A stretch of DNA of 64,000 nucleotides, from contig CAVSBT010000019.1 of NCBI GenBank assembly GCA_963726245.1, positions 32,001-96,000 on the forward strand. Direction: 5' to 3'. Shown here in pieces: positions 60,922-64,000 of this stretch (positions within the stretch are counted from its first letter, which is position 1; each line of letters opens with the position of its first letter). Source of the DNA: an uncultured Chloroflexia bacterium (GTDB taxonomy: Bacteria; Chloroflexota; Dehalococcoidia; DSTF01; JALHUB01). The translations under genes and the position numbers were made by a program. The notes below the pieces were generated by a model. That model saw nothing but the letters and a program-made list of their open reading frames with translations. It searched no databases and had not been told where the DNA came from.

Positions 60922-60951
60922 AGTGTAGCGGAGCCCTCTCGCGGGTGTCAA
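60922..60951 (-). promoter_or_regulatory. Sigma-70 promoter of glyA
   Basis: TTGACA-N18-TACACT. Confidence 0.75.
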
Positions 60952-60970
60952 CGACTGTGGGAATAGCTCG

Positions 60971-62363
60971 TTAGTCGCTGGCTGTTTCGTCCAGGCCCAA
61001 CTGCTGGCGGTAGTCGGGCTCCACGGCCTGGACGGCGCCCATCTCCTGCATCTTCTCGAAGGGGAGCCGGAAGATCTCCCGCACCATGTCCTGAACCATC
61101 GCGAACGTCAGGCCCTCCGGCAGCTCCAGGATCGGCTCGCTGCCGGTGACGCCCTCCGCCTCGAGGGAGGCCAGCTCCTCGTCGGAAAGGCCGAGCATGC
61201 CCTGGAGCACCTCGCGGTTGTGCTGGCCCAGCACGGGCGCCGCCGAGCCCACGCGCGTCTCGAAGCGGTCGAACCTGGCGACGAGATGGCGGGGCACCGG
61301 CCGCCGGCCCAGGACGGGGTGATCCACCAGGTGGAAGTGCTGGCGCTCGCGGAAGTGCGGGTCCACGAGCAGGTCCTTGCCGGTTGAGCACCGGCGCCGC
61401 CTTGACGCCGGCGCGCTGGAGGAGGTGGAAGGCCTCGTAGTGGTCCTGTTCGCGGGTCCAGCCCTCGATGAGCGCGTCGAGGGTATCGTGGTTCTCGTGG
61501 CGCGCGAGGACATCGGCGAAGCGCTCGTCCTCGGTCCACTCAGGGTGGCCGGTGGCGCGGCAGAAGGCGGCCCACTCGTCGTCGTTCTCGATGGAGATGA
61601 CGAGCCAGTCGTCGTCGCCGCGGCAGTGGTAGCAGCCCTGCGGCGCCGCCCACGAGCTGCGATTGCCCATGCGCTCGGGCAGCCGGCCGTTCATCTGGTA
61701 GTCCATGAGCGCGGCGCCCATGACGGCCATCGCCCCCTCCTGCTGTGAGAGGTCGATGAACTGCCCCCGACCCGTGCGCTGCCGGTAATGAAGGGCGGCT
61801 AGCACCGCTCCAGCGGCGAGGACGCCCGTCAGCGGGTCGGTTAAGGAGATGCCGCTGCGGATGGACGGCCCGCCCGGGTAGCCCGTGGCCGACGATATGC
61901 CGGAGGCGGACTCCAGCCCCATGCCGTAGGCGCTCCAGTCGCTGTAGGGCCCAGTTTGGCCGTAGCCGGACATGGAGAGCATGATGATGTCCGGCTTCAA
62001 CTGCCGGACCGTCTCATACTCCAACTCGAAGGCCTTCATGACACGCGGCGTGAAGCTCTCCACCAGGACGTCGCTATCGGCGATGAGGCGGTGGAGGAGG
62101 CCGCGGCCCGGCTCGCTGGTCAGGTCCAGGGTGATGCTCCGCTTGCCGGCGTTGTGAACGGCGAAGTAGCAGGTCCGGTTCCAGGGCTGATCGGCGGAGT
62201 CGTTGTCGGTCATTATGAGGCCGCGGGCGATGTCGAGCCGCTGCCGCGCCTCTATCTTGATGACATCGGCTCCGAGCTCGGAGAGGATGCGGGTGCACGT
62301 CGGCCCGGCGAAGACGTGGGAGAGGTCCAGCACCCGGACGCCGTCGAGGGGTAGCGCCGCCAT
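60971..62363 (-). CDS. CaiB/BaiF CoA-transferase; frameshift near 61380
   Basis: VLDLSHVFAGP, NAGKRSITLDL, SLTDP (catalytic Asp), APVLGQHN. Confidence 0.9.
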
Positions 62364-62365
62364 GC

Positions 62366-63598
62366 CTAGATCACCCCCCGGTCTCGCAGGATGCCCAGGT
62401 CCTGCCGGTCATAGCCCACCTCGCCGAGAACAGCCTCGTTGTCCTGCCCCAGGGTCGGGGCCGGCCCGCTGCGAAGCGGCGTCTCGCTCATCCGGAGGGG
62501 CGCTCCCGGATGGCGGAGGCTGACGCCACCGGGGTGCTCGATCTCCACGAAGAAGGCCCGCTCCGCCAGGTGCTCGTCCTCCAGCAGGTCGGCCGCCGTC
62601 GGCACCAGAGCGAAGGGCATGCGCAGCTCCTGCGCCGTCTCCACGATCTGGCGGCTGGAGTGCGTCGTCAGCCAGGGGAGGAGCAGCTCATCCAGCTCGC
62701 GCCAGCGGATGAAGCGCGCCTGCATGTCCTGGAAGAGGGGGTTCTGGTCCAGCTCCAAGTCCTCCAGGAGGAGCGACATGGGCGAGGCGCCCTGGTCCAG
62801 CAGCGGCCTGGGGAAGCCCTGGGCGCCGGGGATCACCACCACGTATCCGTCCTGGCTGGGCAGGATGTCCATGGGATAGCCGAAGACGTGTCGCGAGTAG
62901 AAGCGCCGGCGGATGGCCCCCAGGTAGGCATACATGGCGGCGTTGTACTCGTCGGCGGCGGCGACCGATTCGACCAGCGAGACGTCGACGTGCTGGCCGC
63001 CGCCGTTTCGCTCGCGGTAGGCGAGGGCGGCCAGGATGCCCACGAACGCCTGGAGCCCGGCGAAGTAGCCGGCCGGCTCGCAGCCTGTCGACAGCGGCTC
63101 GCGGTCCGGCTCGCCGGTGGTGTACATTATGCTGCTCATCGCCATGGCGACCAGGCTGTTGGCGTCGTAGTCGCGGTAAGGCCCCGTCTGCCCGAAGGGG
63201 CTGATCGAGGAGTAGATCAGCTCCGGGAAGTCTGCCCGAAGCTGCTCGTAGCCGATGCCCCAGTCGTCCACGCGGCCCGGCGGGTAGCTCTCGACCAGCA
63301 CGTCGGCCCGGGCGAGCAGCTTCTTGAGGACGACCACCCCGGAGGCGGTGGCCACGTCCAGCGTCACGCTCTTCTTGTTCGTGTTCAGGTGGAGGAAGAG
63401 GCCGCTCCTCTCTGGGTGAGGGAGGTCGCTGGGGAAGGGCCCCAGACGGCGGGACACGTCGCCGCCGGGCGGCTCGATCTTGATGACCTCCGCCCCGCAG
63501 TCGGCGAGCAGCTTGGTGCAGTAGGGGCCGGCCACGCCCTGAGTCAGGTCGACCACACGCAGGTCGGAGAGGGCGGCGTCGGTCAAGGGGTCCTCCAA
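62366..63598 (-). CDS. CaiB/BaiF CoA-transferase (subunit lacking the catalytic Asp)
   Basis: VVDLTQGVAGPYC, NTNKKSVTLD, FGQTGPY, APTLGQ. Confidence 0.92.
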   Translation of the reverse strand: MEDPLTDAALSDLRVVDLTQGVAGPYCTKLLADCGAEVIKIEPPGGDVSRRLGPFPSDLPHPERSGLFLHLNTNKKSVTLDVATASGVVVLKKLLARADVLVESYPPGRVDDWGIGYEQLRADFPELIYSSISPFGQTGPYRDYDANSLVAMAMSSIMYTTGEPDREPLSTGCEPAGYFAGLQAFVGILAALAYRERNGGGQHVDVSLVESVAAADEYNAAMYAYLGAIRRRFYSRHVFGYPMDILPSQDGYVVVIPGAQGFPRPLLDQGASPMSLLLEDLELDQNPLFQDMQARFIRWRELDELLLPWLTTHSSRQIVETAQELRMPFALVPTAADLLEDEHLAERAFFVEIEHPGGVSLRHPGAPLRMSETPLRSGPAPTLGQDNEAVLGEVGYDRQDLGILRDRGVI

Positions 63599-63717
63599 TT
63601 CGCCGGCAGCGAGGCCTGAAGAGGGAGACGGGGGCGTGAGTCACGCCCCCGTGAATATACATACAACGGCCGGCGGGTAGGCGCAACGGCGGCCTTACTG
63701 CGCAACGCGGGGGTCGA

Positions 63718-63745
63718 GTAGGGGCGCACGGCCGTGCGCCCCTAC
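63718..63745. repeat. GTAG-type REP
   Basis: gtaggggcgcacggccgtgcgcccctac perfect palindrome. Confidence 0.8.
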
Positions 63746-63890
63746 CACAGCGGCGTCCGTTCGCGCAGCATCTTCTCGATGAGGGGCAGGGCCTCTCGCG
63801 CCGCCTCCTCGCCGCGACGGAGGCTGAGCGGCATGTGGAAGGGTGAGTTGGCGTTGGTCATGCCGCCGCTGATGGCGTCGAAGGCATGTT
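63742..63890 (-). pseudogene. Gene 3' remnant resembling a patatin-family C-terminal helix
   Basis: Translates ...RRGEEAAREALPLIEKMLRERTPLW*; in-frame stop just upstream. Confidence 0.4.
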
Positions 63891-64000
63891 TGCCCTAGTG
63901 GTGGGCGTGTTGTCGTTAAGAGGCCCGCGGTCAGCGGCGCGCGGGCGCTCCGCCTGTCGCCGGGCTTGGGTAGCCAACCGCCTCGGCCGTCCGGCGGCCG

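Overview
High-GC bacterial chromosome segment, most likely Chloroflexota/Dehalococcoidia-like (inferred from gene content and style, not proven). About a dozen genes carry single-base frameshifts, best read as long-read assembly indels. Core genes: ppsA, dgt-dnaG-rpoD, nfo, thyX, fabF, nadE, selC (tRNA-Sec), trxA/trxB, plsX and glyA. Catabolic and signalling genes: two CaiB/BaiF CoA-transferase pairs, a GctAB-like pair, a TPP lyase, an aldehyde:ferredoxin oxidoreductase, a 10-PAS GGDEF-GAF-HD-GYP protein and a DosS/DosR-like two-component system. Accessory material: a truncated IS1595 with a PIN-domain gene pair, a possible AbiJ/HEPN-like gene splitting a CoA-transferase operon, a GxxExxY gene, an IS110 remnant and several REP families. 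The most interesting unexplained signals are non-coding: (1) two tandem hairpin RNA candidates with anti-Shine-Dalgarno tracts, divergent from the DosS-like kinase, with a possible third next to selC; (2) a ~240-nt rod-shaped RNA between selC and nadE; (3) a Gly-containing leader-peptide attenuator upstream of glyA; (4) a CsoR-type operator over the trxA-trxB-selC promoter.
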